A DNA stretch of 12,456 nt. It comes from Candidatus Bathyarchaeum sp. (GTDB taxonomy: Archaea; Thermoproteota; Bathyarchaeia; Bathyarchaeales; Bathyarchaeaceae). The DNA is taken from contig JAOZIF010000088.1 of assembly GCA_026014495.1 (NCBI GenBank), forward strand, positions 1 to 12,456, given 5' to 3'. Every line of letters starts with the position of its first letter. The stretch's first letter is position 1. Below are positions 1 to 7,793 of this stretch, piece after piece. The position numbers and the translations under genes are program-made. Below the pieces are notes generated by a model. That model was not told the DNA's origin, ran no database searches, and saw only the letters and a program-made list of their open reading frames with translations.

Positions 1-263
1 TAGAATACAGTAGCAAAAAGTGAAACAACCAATATTAAACAAAGAAAAAACCATTTCAAACTGGAAACTGAAAACGATTTCGAAATCAAATCAAACATTA
101 AACTTTCAGTTTACACAAGTAAAAAGATTTCGACCACAACCGAACCCCGCAAAAAATTTCTATGCACAAACCAATCCAAGCAAAACTCAACGTGATTTAA
201 CTACACAAAACATCCAAAAACTAATTATGACATCACGTGCAAAATAATATTGGGGGACAGTTT

Positions 264-446
264 TTGCCTGCAACACCCAAATTTGAAGTATACATAGGTT
301 CTGGAGAACAATATCGATGGAGACTAAAAGCTCCCAACGGAGAAATAATCGCAACAGGTGAGGCATACTCATCTAAAGCCGCATGCATGAACGGAATCAA
401 CTCAGTAAAAACAAATGCTCCAAAAGCCGAAATAGTTGAGACATAA
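264..446 (+). CDS. YegP/DUF1508 family protein (single domain, ~60 aa)
   Basis: Translation KFEVY..SGEQYRWRLKAPNGEIIATGEAYSSKAACMNGINSVKTNAP matches the DUF1508 pattern (F.W.L.A.NGE.IA.GE.Y..K..C..GI.SVK.NA). Start moved from GTG 237 to TTG 264, which follows a purine-rich GGGGGA SD-like tract (252-257) by 6 nt. Confidence 0.88.
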   Translation: MPATPKFEVYIGSGEQYRWRLKAPNGEIIATGEAYSSKAACMNGINSVKTNAPKAEIVET

Positions 447-463
447 AAACTCAACTACAAACC

Positions 464-476
464 TTCCTCTTTTTTT
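464..476 (+). terminator. Pyrimidine/oligo-T tract, putative archaeal terminator of the DUF1508 gene
   Basis: TTCCTCTTTTTTT lies ~20 nt after the stop at 446; oligo-U tracts are the established archaeal intrinsic termination signal. Confidence 0.45.
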
Positions 477-550
477 GAAACCTAACCAATAAAAACAAAA
501 AATATGCTAAAACAGCACCTGCTTAGCAACATTAAAAAAAGAACCGGCTA

Positions 551-572
551 AAGCGTAAAAAAAACTACGCTT
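551..572 (-). terminator. Oligo-T8 tract in a small hairpin directly after the rpoK stop; putative terminator of ths-rpoK
   Basis: On the minus strand TAG is followed immediately by TTTTTTTT (557-564). AAGCGTA/TACGCTT 7-bp arms (551-557, 566-572) enclose it, and a second T7 tract lies at 534-540. Confidence 0.45.
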
Positions 573-819
573 GTGATAACCATTTAAGCGGTATATCTTG
601 ATATTCTTCGTTCGGCAACGTGCGACGTATAGTTAGAGGCAAAATCCCTGACTCTAACTCTAAAATTGCAATATCAATTGGACCCGCACGACCTTTCGGA
701 GGCTCCACAAGAAGTGGAGCGCCCATCGCAATCTGTAATGCTCTAGCTCCCACTATTCTAGCTCGTTCAAAACGAGTTATTTTAGTAGGTCCGATTGTTA
801 CCTCATTTTTGTCTGTCGT
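565..819 (-). CDS. rpoK: DNA-directed RNA polymerase subunit K (Rpo6/omega-like)
   Basis: The frame reads (T)[34 protein letters not shown]...[22 protein letters not shown], the Rpo6/RPB6 signature (TRFE.ARI.G.RALQI.MGAP; A..EL..G..P..IRR.LP). The ORF track start (GTG 753) lies inside the signature. The start is placed tentatively at ACG 819-817 because no ATG/GTG/TTG exists in frame upstream. Confidence 0.93.
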   Translation of the reverse strand, partial: TTDKNEVTIGPTKITRFERARIVGARALQIAMGAPLLVEPPKGRAGPIDIAILELESGILPLTIRRTLPNEEYQDIPLKWLSQA

Positions 820-834
820 TTGTCTATAACGCTC

Positions 835-2505
835 CTACATCATGCCTGGAGGCATGCCGCCCATGCCTCCCATTCCACCCATACCGCCCATTCCACCGCC
901 TGGTGGCATTGGAGGGGCACTGGTTTTTCCTGATGCTATTACATCGTCAATCTTTAGGATTAAGGTTGCGGCTTCGGAACATGATTTGATTATTTGTTTT
1001 TTGACTGCCATTGGCTCAAAGACGCCTGCTTTTTCCATGTCTCCAGCTTTACCTGTGTCAACGTCTACTCCTGCCCATGTTTTTCCTTTTTCATGTTGTG
1101 CTCGTAGTCCTGAGATTATGTCAATGGGGTCTAGTCCAGCGTTTTCAGCTAGTGTTGTTGGTATTACTTCAAGGGCTTCTGCGAACTGCATTACTGCAAG
1201 TTGTTCTCTTCCTGGAAGTGTTTCAGCGTATTCTCTGAGTACTTTTGCCATTTCCATTTCTGGTGCGCCGCCTCCAGCTACGATTTTGGGTTCTTCGACG
1301 ATGTCGCCTACAACACATAGTGCGTCGTGTAGTGAGCGGTCTGCTTCGTCAACTATTCTTTCTGTTCCTCCGCGTATGAGGATTGTGACTGCCAAAGGAT
1401 TTTTGCATCCTTCGATGAATGTCATTTTGTCTTCTCCGATTTTGCGCTCTTCTACAAGTTGTGCGAAGCCAAGGTCTTTCTTGGTTATATCATCTAGGTT
1501 TGTGACAACTTTTGCTCCTGTTGCTTTGGCTAGTGCTTCCATGTCTGATTTCTTTACTCTGCGGACAGCTAGGATTCCTTTTCGAGAAAGGAAGTGTTGC
1601 GCTAAATCATCGATGCCTTTTTGGCACAAAACAACATTGGCGCCTTTAGCGATAAGTTTGTCTACCATGCTTTTTATCATGTTTTCTTCCTGTTTGAGGA
1701 AAGCATCCATCTGCTCTGGGCTTTCTATGTTTATTTTTGCGTCAAACTCGGTTTTCTCTATCTCAAGAGCAGCGTCAATCAAAATAATTTTCGCGTTCTC
1801 TACACGTTTGGGCATTCCAGAGTGAACAACTTCTTTGTCAAGAACTAGTCCATTAATGAGTTTTGTGTCTGTAAGAGATTCTCCAGGCTTCTTTTCAACC
1901 TTGATGTTGCCGATGTCTACTTTGTATCCGTTTGCAGTCTTAATTGCGACCTGTAAAACTGCATCTGTTGCAATATCGCCTAGGTAATCTCTGCTTCCTG
2001 AAACAAGTTTGCTAGCCATTGATGTCATGGCTGCTTTCTTTATCATTTTTTTGTCAGTTGAACTGACTTTTATTGCAATTTTTTCTAGAGTTTCAAGTGC
2101 TTTTTCAGCAGCTTTTCTGTATCCGTCAATAATAATTGTTGGATGAACATTCTTGTCTATTAGGGTTTCAGCTTTTGCAAGTAGTTCTCCTGCGATAATT
2201 ACAGAAGATGTTGTACCGTCTCCTACCTCATCGTCTTGCGTTTTTGCTACCTCAACCAGCATTTTTGCGGCAGGGTGCTGAATATCCATTTCATCTAAAA
2301 TTGTTCGTCCGTCACTGGTGATAGTTACGTCTCCGAAACTGTCTACCAGCATTTTGTCCATTCCTCTTGGTCCAAGGGCGCTTTTAACTGACTCAGCCAC
2401 TATCTGTGCAGCCATGATGTTGGCGTGCTGGGCTTCTTGGCCTCTTGACCGTGATGCTCCTTCACGGAGTATAAGAACGGGTGTTCCAGCTAATCCAGAA
2501 GACAA
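835..2505 (-). CDS. ths: Thermosome (group II chaperonin) subunit
   Basis: 556 aa with [26 protein letters not shown] (nucleotide binding), GGGAPE and ILKIDD motifs and a GGM-repeat C-terminal tail. TTG start preceded by AGGAG. Alpha/beta subunit identity cannot be decided by eye. Confidence 0.97.
   Translation of the reverse strand: MSSGLAGTPVLILREGASRSRGQEAQHANIMAAQIVAESVKSALGPRGMDKMLVDSFGDVTITSDGRTILDEMDIQHPAAKMLVEVAKTQDDEVGDGTTSSVIIAGELLAKAETLIDKNVHPTIIIDGYRKAAEKALETLEKIAIKVSSTDKKMIKKAAMTSMASKLVSGSRDYLGDIATDAVLQVAIKTANGYKVDIGNIKVEKKPGESLTDTKLINGLVLDKEVVHSGMPKRVENAKIILIDAALEIEKTEFDAKINIESPEQMDAFLKQEENMIKSMVDKLIAKGANVVLCQKGIDDLAQHFLSRKGILAVRRVKKSDMEALAKATGAKVVTNLDDITKKDLGFAQLVEERKIGEDKMTFIEGCKNPLAVTILIRGGTERIVDEADRSLHDALCVVGDIVEEPKIVAGGGAPEMEMAKVLREYAETLPGREQLAVMQFAEALEVIPTTLAENAGLDPIDIISGLRAQHEKGKTWAGVDVDTGKAGDMEKAGVFEPMAVKKQIIKSCSEAATLILKIDDVIASGKTSAPPMPPGGGMGGMGGMGGMGGMPPGMM
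842..909 (-). repeat. Gly-Gly-Met codon repeats in the thermosome C-terminal tail
   Basis: Imperfect 9-bp tandem units (plus strand CATTCCACC/CATACCGCC/CATGCCTCC) encoding [25 protein letters not shown]. Confidence 0.85.
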
Positions 2506-2550
2506 TCAAACATTTCTCCTTGTTTTGTTTCGGAACACTAGAAAATGGCT

Positions 2551-2566
2551 TTAAATATAAAGATTT
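2551..2566 (-). promoter_or_regulatory. BRE-TATA promoter of the thermosome gene
   Basis: Minus strand reads GAAATC-TTTATATTTAA about 45-55 nt upstream of the TTG start, leaving a short leader that contains AGGAG. Confidence 0.6.
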
Positions 2567-2569
2567 CTC

Positions 2570-2616
2570 TACGTTAAAATACCTTACATGGACGCCACTA
2601 AATCATTTTTAACGTA
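2570..2616. repeat. Inverted repeat TACGTTAAAA-N27-TTTTAACGTA upstream of the ths promoter
   Basis: Perfect 10-bp arms at 2570-2579 and 2607-2616. Confidence 0.6.
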
Positions 2617-2784
2617 AAATCCAGTTTATTTTGTGTTTCTAAATTTGGTCACTTTTGCAGAAGACTCCACTATTAGGCAGTTCCTTTGGTTTTATCACTT
2701 ATCTCCTTGTTCTTAATGCAAGAAATCGTTCAATAAAAGCTAATAGGCGCCCATACCCAAAACTAGCAATATGGTGTGTTTGCT

Positions 2785-3153
2785 ATGAGCGTTTCTCATA
2801 TACCCATCAAGTTTATTATCGAAGGCGTCGGCAACGCAGAAGGCGAACTTATCCGCATCCGTTCTCCCAGAACAGCAGACGCTATACTTCGAGCACTCCC
2901 AATAGAGGGTATGTCAGCCCTGTGGCAACAAGAAGTTTACTTTGACATTCCAGTAAAGATGGGCAACGAAAAGTCTTCTCCTAAAGTGGAGAAAGGTGAC
3001 CTCGCATACTGGCCTATGGGCGCCGCTTTTTGTATATTCTGGGGAGAAACACAACCCTACAGTCCAGTTAACATAATCGGTAAAGTAACCAAGAATCTGG
3101 AACTTTTCGAAAAAGTCAAAAGTGGAACAAAAATAATTATAGAAAAAATCTGA
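2785..3153 (+). CDS. Cyclophilin-like fold protein (DUF369/Cyclophil_like type)
   Basis: Motifs P.TA.AI..ALPI, W..EVYF.IPV, V..GD.AYWP.G.A.CIF.G.T and P.S.VN..G.V are typical of archaeal cyclophilin-like fold proteins. ATG 2785 follows a GGTG SD (2773-2776); the ORF track start GTG 2776 is the alternative. Confidence 0.85.
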   Translation: MSVSHIPIKFIIEGVGNAEGELIRIRSPRTADAILRALPIEGMSALWQQEVYFDIPVKMGNEKSSPKVEKGDLAYWPMGAAFCIFWGETQPYSPVNIIGKVTKNLELFEKVKSGTKIIIEKI

Positions 3154-3239
3154 GCCTCATAGCGCGTTTAAATTATTTTCAGTCATGTTGACTTAAAATT
3201 ATTATATTAATCTAAATTGCATTCGGACATTTGTGCTTA

Positions 3240-3269
3240 GTCAAGGTTTCTTGATAAAAAAGCTTTTTT
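3240..3269 (+). promoter_or_regulatory. Operator-like palindrome GTCAA-N6-TTGAT plus BRE/TATA-like AAAAAAGCTTTTTT (copy 1)
   Basis: GTCAAGGTTTCTTGATAAAAAAGCTTTTTT is identical over 30/30 nt to the reverse complement of 7824-7853 and lies directly upstream of the 4Fe-4S gene. Confidence 0.8.
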
Positions 3270-3306
3270 TGTGCACATGCTAAAGGAGGTTTGTGGTGCC
3301 CCACGG

Positions 3307-4929
3307 GTGCAAAAGAAAAAGGGCATGAAATCTAAAACATCACTTGGATTCTTCCTTACAATCATTGTTACATTGATTGTGAGTGTAGTTTTTGTTTGTC
3401 AACCCGTTCTTAGTTGTTATGGTCCCCACATAACTGCGTCGGTTTCAGAGACTGAAATTTACATAAACGAAAACGTCACGGTAACTGGAAGAGTTTGTCT
3501 TGGGCTCGAAGAAGAGATGACAAACCTCACAGTCAGAGTGACCTTTGTTAGGCCCGACTACACTTGGGTAGACCAGCCTATCGATGCCGACAACGAAACA
3601 GGCGAATTCACAGTAACCCAACAACTGGACATGGCTGGATATTGGAACATATTTCCAATATATGGTCACATAAACGACAGGTTGGGGGTAACCGTAATTG
3701 ACCCATCAGCTGACCCGTCCAGTCCAACACCCATTCTTGGTTCACCATGGAGTCCAAACCTGCTACTGATTGTTTCAGCTGTTGCCACAGTAAGCATTGG
3801 CGCTGTGTTTGCAGTAACTGGATTAAAGAAAAAGACCCGAAAAATCAGTTCTTGGCGTTTGTTTATTCAGGTATCTTTGGTTTTCCTGATTTTTGCTGGA
3901 ATGTTTGTTGACCATGAAATCCTGCCACAGCCAGCAAGTAAAATTCCTGTGCACGAATTTTTGGTTGTAGACAATGTTTTGGGCGTATCTATGCCTGATG
4001 GGCTTTCAGTTCCCTTTCTTAGTTGCTACTATCCATGTGGTAAAACTGTAACTTGTGCACTTTGGGAAATTCAAACGTACATTTACCCGTTCTGGAACAC
4101 TTCGCGTGGCTGGGGAGTAGACTACAACACTTCTGGGCTCGTCAGGTTGGGAGTTGTCTTTGGGTCAATTATGCTATTTTCTGTTCTTTTAGGTAAAGCA
4201 TTCTGCGGATGGGTCTGCCCCTTTGGCTTGTACATGGATTTACTTACTTACCTTAGAAAAATCTTCAAGATACCGCACCGCGATTTGTCAGAAAATTTCA
4301 ACACAAAAGTCCATCAACTTGGGTACGTGATTTTAGCCCTAATTATTGTATTAAGTGTCATTTTTGGTTCAGAAGCAATAGCAGGTACACAGTTGGTTGA
4401 AGGAACAGAAGAGGGCGGCTTTGTTTACCAGTATTTCTCTGCGCCTTTTTGTCAAGTCTGTCCAATGAAGCCCCTTTGTATACTTCTGGAAACGTCAGTT
4501 GGGTTGATACGCTTCGAATGGATTGCTCAAGTAACAACAGGAACATTCTACGAATTAGGCTATTACGTGACCTCACTAAATCTACTCGTGCTCGGCATAG
4601 TCACCGTAATTGCATTTCTTTACAGGCGTGCATGGTGCAGAATCTGTCCTATGGGCGCCTTAATCACGGTATTCAACCGTTTTCCACCATTCAAATGGAT
4701 TTCAGTTCTTCGATTAAACAAGGTAGAAGAAAAGTGCACCAAGTGTGGCATCTGTAAACGAGTATGCCCAACACAAGTCACAGAAGTTTACGACAAAAAA
4801 GGCGGAGACGTTACAACCTCCAAATGCATACTATGTCTACGTTGTGTCGAAATGTGCCCATATGAGGATGCTTTACAGCTAAAAGCAGCAGGAAAAACCG
4901 TTGTGAAATCAAGGAACTGGCTAGACTAA
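3307..4929 (+). CDS. Membrane-bound 4Fe-4S binding protein (NapH/MauN-like polyferredoxin) with N-terminal signal peptide and extracellular Ig-like domain
   Basis: CGWVCP, CQVCP and CRICP membrane-associated motifs, two C-terminal CxxCxxCxxxCP ferredoxin motifs (CTKCGICKRVCP, CILCLRCVEMCP), several TM helices, and an extra PFLSCYYPCGKTVTC loop motif. Start uncertain: GTG 3307 (after GGTG) or ATG 3325; GTG 3271 overlaps the TATA-like element and is unlikely. Confidence 0.9.
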   Translation: MQKKKGMKSKTSLGFFLTIIVTLIVSVVFVCQPVLSCYGPHITASVSETEIYINENVTVTGRVCLGLEEEMTNLTVRVTFVRPDYTWVDQPIDADNETGEFTVTQQLDMAGYWNIFPIYGHINDRLGVTVIDPSADPSSPTPILGSPWSPNLLLIVSAVATVSIGAVFAVTGLKKKTRKISSWRLFIQVSLVFLIFAGMFVDHEILPQPASKIPVHEFLVVDNVLGVSMPDGLSVPFLSCYYPCGKTVTCALWEIQTYIYPFWNTSRGWGVDYNTSGLVRLGVVFGSIMLFSVLLGKAFCGWVCPFGLYMDLLTYLRKIFKIPHRDLSENFNTKVHQLGYVILALIIVLSVIFGSEAIAGTQLVEGTEEGGFVYQYFSAPFCQVCPMKPLCILLETSVGLIRFEWIAQVTTGTFYELGYYVTSLNLLVLGIVTVIAFLYRRAWCRICPMGALITVFNRFPPFKWISVLRLNKVEEKCTKCGICKRVCPTQVTEVYDKKGGDVTTSKCILCLRCVEMCPYEDALQLKAAGKTVVKSRNWLD

Positions 4930-4942
4930 AAGGCGAGGTCAA

Positions 4943-5830
4943 ATGAAAAAAACAAAAGCACTTTTTCTTGTTTTAGTACCGCTACTTCTCGTATATTCAA
5001 TTAGTATTGTGCCTGTTCACTCGTCTGGGCTCATCTTTATTCGAGCAGATGGAAGCATCGAAGGAACAAACAAGATTCACCGTAGCGGAGACACTTACAT
5101 TTTCAATGGCGATATCGAAGAATCGTACGGAATAATTGTAGAAAAAAACAATATAATAATTGACGGCCAAGGTCACACCCTGAAAGCTACACCTAGACTT
5201 TTGCCGATTGGTTCATGGGATTTTGGAATAGAATTATCCAACACTACAACTGGTAACGTGACAATCAAAAATCTGGAAATTGTGGACTTCAATATTGGCG
5301 TCTACATTTGGACAACAAACAATACTGTAACTGGAAACACAATAATCGGCGGTAACGTAGGCATATTCATTGCCGAGTCACCAAACATGGTTGTTGGTAA
5401 CTACATCGCAAATAATACTGAAGGTGTCTTTTTGGGGCCTTTACCTGATACTCACAAAACAGTTTACAACATTTTGTATCAAAACAGCTTTGTAAACAAC
5501 ACAATACAAGCATACGACTGCGAATGTACAGACCCACACACGATTCAGCATCTAAACATCTGGGACAACGGCACAATCGGTAACTACTGGAGTGACTACG
5601 ATGGCGTAGATGCCAACAACGATGGAGTTGGCGATGTTGTATACTCTGTTTCTAGCGATGATGTAGACTTGTTCCCTCTTATGGCTCCTGTAGCACTGCC
5701 ATTAAACAAAAACAGCGGTTTTTTAGGCACTAGTATACCGTTTGAGTTTGGTGTGGCTCTTAGCTTAGGGATAATTGCTGTTATAGCTGCAGTATTGTAT
5801 GTTGCAATAAAGCGTAAAAAATCTAAGTAA
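4943..5830 (+). CDS. Secreted NosD-like right-handed beta-helix (CASH/pectin-lyase fold) protein with C-terminal membrane anchor
   Basis: Signal peptide MKKTKALFLVLVPLLL, N/I/G-rich beta-helix repeats (NNTVTGNTI, GNYIANNTEG), the WDNG..GNYWSDY.G.D.N.DG.GD..Y motif and a C-terminal TM helix followed by KRKKSK. GAGGT SD 4 nt upstream of ATG; starts 13 nt after the 4Fe-4S gene stop. Confidence 0.85.
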   Translation: MKKTKALFLVLVPLLLVYSISIVPVHSSGLIFIRADGSIEGTNKIHRSGDTYIFNGDIEESYGIIVEKNNIIIDGQGHTLKATPRLLPIGSWDFGIELSNTTTGNVTIKNLEIVDFNIGVYIWTTNNTVTGNTIIGGNVGIFIAESPNMVVGNYIANNTEGVFLGPLPDTHKTVYNILYQNSFVNNTIQAYDCECTDPHTIQHLNIWDNGTIGNYWSDYDGVDANNDGVGDVVYSVSSDDVDLFPLMAPVALPLNKNSGFLGTSIPFEFGVALSLGIIAVIAAVLYVAIKRKKSK

Positions 5831-5835
5831 TCTGC

Positions 5836-6555
5836 TTAGTATTCCTCTTCTTGAATTTCGTCTTTGGGCATTTCTGAAAAAAGTTTTCCATCCCGCATAA
5901 ACAGCAAACGGTTCGTGTATGATTTAACGTATCCTGCATGAGTCACCGCTACAACAGTTTGACCCTGATCTTTGCTGGCTTTGTGGCACATCTTCAAAAT
6001 TTCTTTTCCTGTTTTAGTGTCCAAGTTTCCGGTGGGTTCATCTAACAAAAGAACCTTAGGTTTGTTAGCGAACGCTCGTGCAATTGCTACTCTTTGCTGC
6101 TCTCCTGCACTCAGTTCTGCTGGCAAATGATTAATTCGCTGTTTTAGCCCCACCAATTCAAGCAACTCTACTGCTCGGTCTAGCTGCTCATTTTTTGGCA
6201 TGCTGGTTGGTGCTAAGGCTACTTGTACATTTTCGAGTGCAGAAAATGTTGGGATTAAATTGAATGCCTGAAAAACAAAACCAACTTTTTCGCGCCTGAC
6301 TTTAACCAGTTTTGCCTCGTTTAGTTTTGACAGTTCTAATCCGTCCAGAGTTACTTTGCCCTTTGTTGGTTTGTCCAGTCCGCCTATCAAATTGAGTAAT
6401 GTAGTTTTGCCGCTTCCTGATGGCCCAAAAATGGTGAGAAATTCGCCCTCTTTAACCTCCAAGGAGGCATCATCTACGGCTTTTACTTCGCCGACGTTTC
6501 CTTTGCGGTATGTTTTTGTCAGGTTTGATGCTTCAATTATGTTGCTGTTTGACAT
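5836..6555 (-). CDS. ABC transporter ATP-binding protein, LolD/MacB (type VII) subfamily
   Basis: Walker A GPSGSGKT, Q-loop GFVFQAFNL, signature LSAGEQQRVAIARA, Walker B/D-loop LLLDEPTGNLD, H-loop VTH; GAGG SD upstream. Confidence 0.95.
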   Translation of the reverse strand: MSNSNIIEASNLTKTYRKGNVGEVKAVDDASLEVKEGEFLTIFGPSGSGKTTLLNLIGGLDKPTKGKVTLDGLELSKLNEAKLVKVRREKVGFVFQAFNLIPTFSALENVQVALAPTSMPKNEQLDRAVELLELVGLKQRINHLPAELSAGEQQRVAIARAFANKPKVLLLDEPTGNLDTKTGKEILKMCHKASKDQGQTVVAVTHAGYVKSYTNRLLFMRDGKLFSEMPKDEIQEEEY

Positions 6556-6567
6556 CTTTTTGTTCCT

Positions 6568-7725
6568 CTATATTTTTCTGATTGCTTCTACAGGTGATAG
6601 TCGAGTTGCTCTAAGCGAAGAGAATACTCCTGCAATAATCCCGCTTACTATGGCTATTGCGAACCCTAAGCTGAGTAGTAATGGGTCTACAGTTACAAAG
6701 TTGAGGGCTCCGCCGATTTCTCCTCCTATAGTGGACAGCACATACATTGCAAAAATGTAGCCTACTCCGCAGCCTACAAGTCCACCTATGACTCCTTGTA
6801 GTAGAGATTCTGCGACAATCTGGTTTACAACATTAGTGTTGCTCCAGCCAATTGCTTTTAGTATTCCTATTTCTTTGGTGCGTTCTGCAACATTACCCAA
6901 CTGAGATTTTAGTATAAACAAAACCGCGATAACTGACAAAGCAATCGAGATGTTCCATGCAGTGTCCTCGTTCATTTGAATAATCCCCGACGATGTTTCA
7001 GCTAAATCCCAGCCTGTTAATGTGCTTGAGTCAGGCCACTTCTCTTCTAGTTCTGCCGCAGTTTGTTCTACAGTGTTTGGGCTGCTTGTTCGAACAAGAG
7101 CAATGTTGATTAATCCTATTGGTTTTTCAGGCAAGATTTCTTGGACAACTGGCAGGTTCACGTATATGTGAGACTTCATGATGTTTGTTGAACTAACATC
7201 AACTATGCCTATGACCTCAAAATCTGCAGCATATGTTACATTTGAGCCCAAAGTAAGATTGTTTAGTATTGCATATTCTTTGTCAACAAGAGCCACATAT
7301 CCATCATCCGGCGTAAGATATCTGCCCTCAATTACTGAATCGGGCAACACAGCATTTGTTTGTGTTTCAGACGGGTCTATGCCCGTAAGCACCAACGCAC
7401 GTGAACGGTGCATCAGAATCGGCACTGCACATTCGACATTCGAAACCTGCTCAATTTCTGTTAAGAGAGTCTGGTTAAATGGATACGAGAAAAGATGATT
7501 CACAATATAGCAGCCCTTGTTTGACGGCTCTACAGGTGCAGTGTAAATGTAGATTATGTCTGTTCCTATACTGTTCAGTGGAACAGTGGTGCAAGTTTCC
7601 CAGCCTCTAGCAGCCATGACCAGCGTAATTAGGGTACTAATTGCGATAACAACGCCTGCGATGTTTACTGCAGTTCTGTATTTTCGTCTTCGAATTTCCT
7701 TAAAGGCATATGAAAAGGATATCAA
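6568..7725 (-). CDS. ABC transporter permease, FtsX/MacB family
   Basis: N-terminal AFKEIRRRKYRT followed by TM1, a large extracellular domain (EGRYL, FEVIGI), ER.KEIGILKAIGWS, and three C-terminal TM helices ending RATRLSPVEAIR. TTG start with GAGG 8 nt upstream. Confidence 0.93.
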   Translation of the reverse strand: MISFSYAFKEIRRRKYRTAVNIAGVVIAISTLITLVMAARGWETCTTVPLNSIGTDIIYIYTAPVEPSNKGCYIVNHLFSYPFNQTLLTEIEQVSNVECAVPILMHRSRALVLTGIDPSETQTNAVLPDSVIEGRYLTPDDGYVALVDKEYAILNNLTLGSNVTYAADFEVIGIVDVSSTNIMKSHIYVNLPVVQEILPEKPIGLINIALVRTSSPNTVEQTAAELEEKWPDSSTLTGWDLAETSSGIIQMNEDTAWNISIALSVIAVLFILKSQLGNVAERTKEIGILKAIGWSNTNVVNQIVAESLLQGVIGGLVGCGVGYIFAMYVLSTIGGEIGGALNFVTVDPLLLSLGFAIAIVSGIIAGVFSSLRATRLSPVEAIRKI

Positions 7726-7793
7726 ACTGCTAGCCTCGCTTTATTCCAAAAAGTGAACATTAGACTGTGAATTGCCCTTGCTTTTTTCACCAT
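7722..7793 (-). CDS. Putative 23-aa leader ORF (MVKKARAIHSLMFTFWNKARLAV)
   Basis: GAGGTG SD followed by 3 nt and ATG at 7793; its TGA overlaps the permease TTG start (TTGA, 4-nt overlap). It is short, so chance cannot be excluded. Confidence 0.35.
   Translation of the reverse strand: MVKKARAIHSLMFTFWNKARLAV

Noticed and set aside
20-247. 75-aa ORF in the A-rich upstream region, plus a 12-bp palindrome GATTTCGAAATC at 76-87
   Set aside because: Low-complexity A-rich composition with no SD or family motif; the palindrome could be chance and has no clear promoter context.
842-1825. 327-aa plus-strand ORF
   Set aside because: Antisense shadow of the thermosome gene with no independent motifs. 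The same applies to 1011-1238, 1621-1848 and 2318-2554.
2655-2945. 96-aa ORF overlapping the cyclophilin-like gene
   Set aside because: Alternate frame over a recognised gene with no family features.
3270-3330. Shared leader similarity as a cobalamin or other riboswitch (GGTGCC...AAGGG)
   Set aside because: Lacks the cobalamin core (GGGAA..GGTG.AA.TCC, GCCCCCGC.ACTGT), is too short, and much of it lies upstream of the expected TSS. An Infernal/Rfam scan would settle it.
4943-7725. Calling the genes nosD/nosF/nosY of nitrous oxide reductase maturation
   Set aside because: The ABC pair is FtsX/MacB-LolD type rather than NosFY, and no nosZ is present; the beta-helix fold is widespread in archaeal surface proteins.
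6356-7756. Plus-strand ORFs 6356-6760, 7178-7498 and 7556-7756
   Set aside because: Antisense shadows of the ABC genes.
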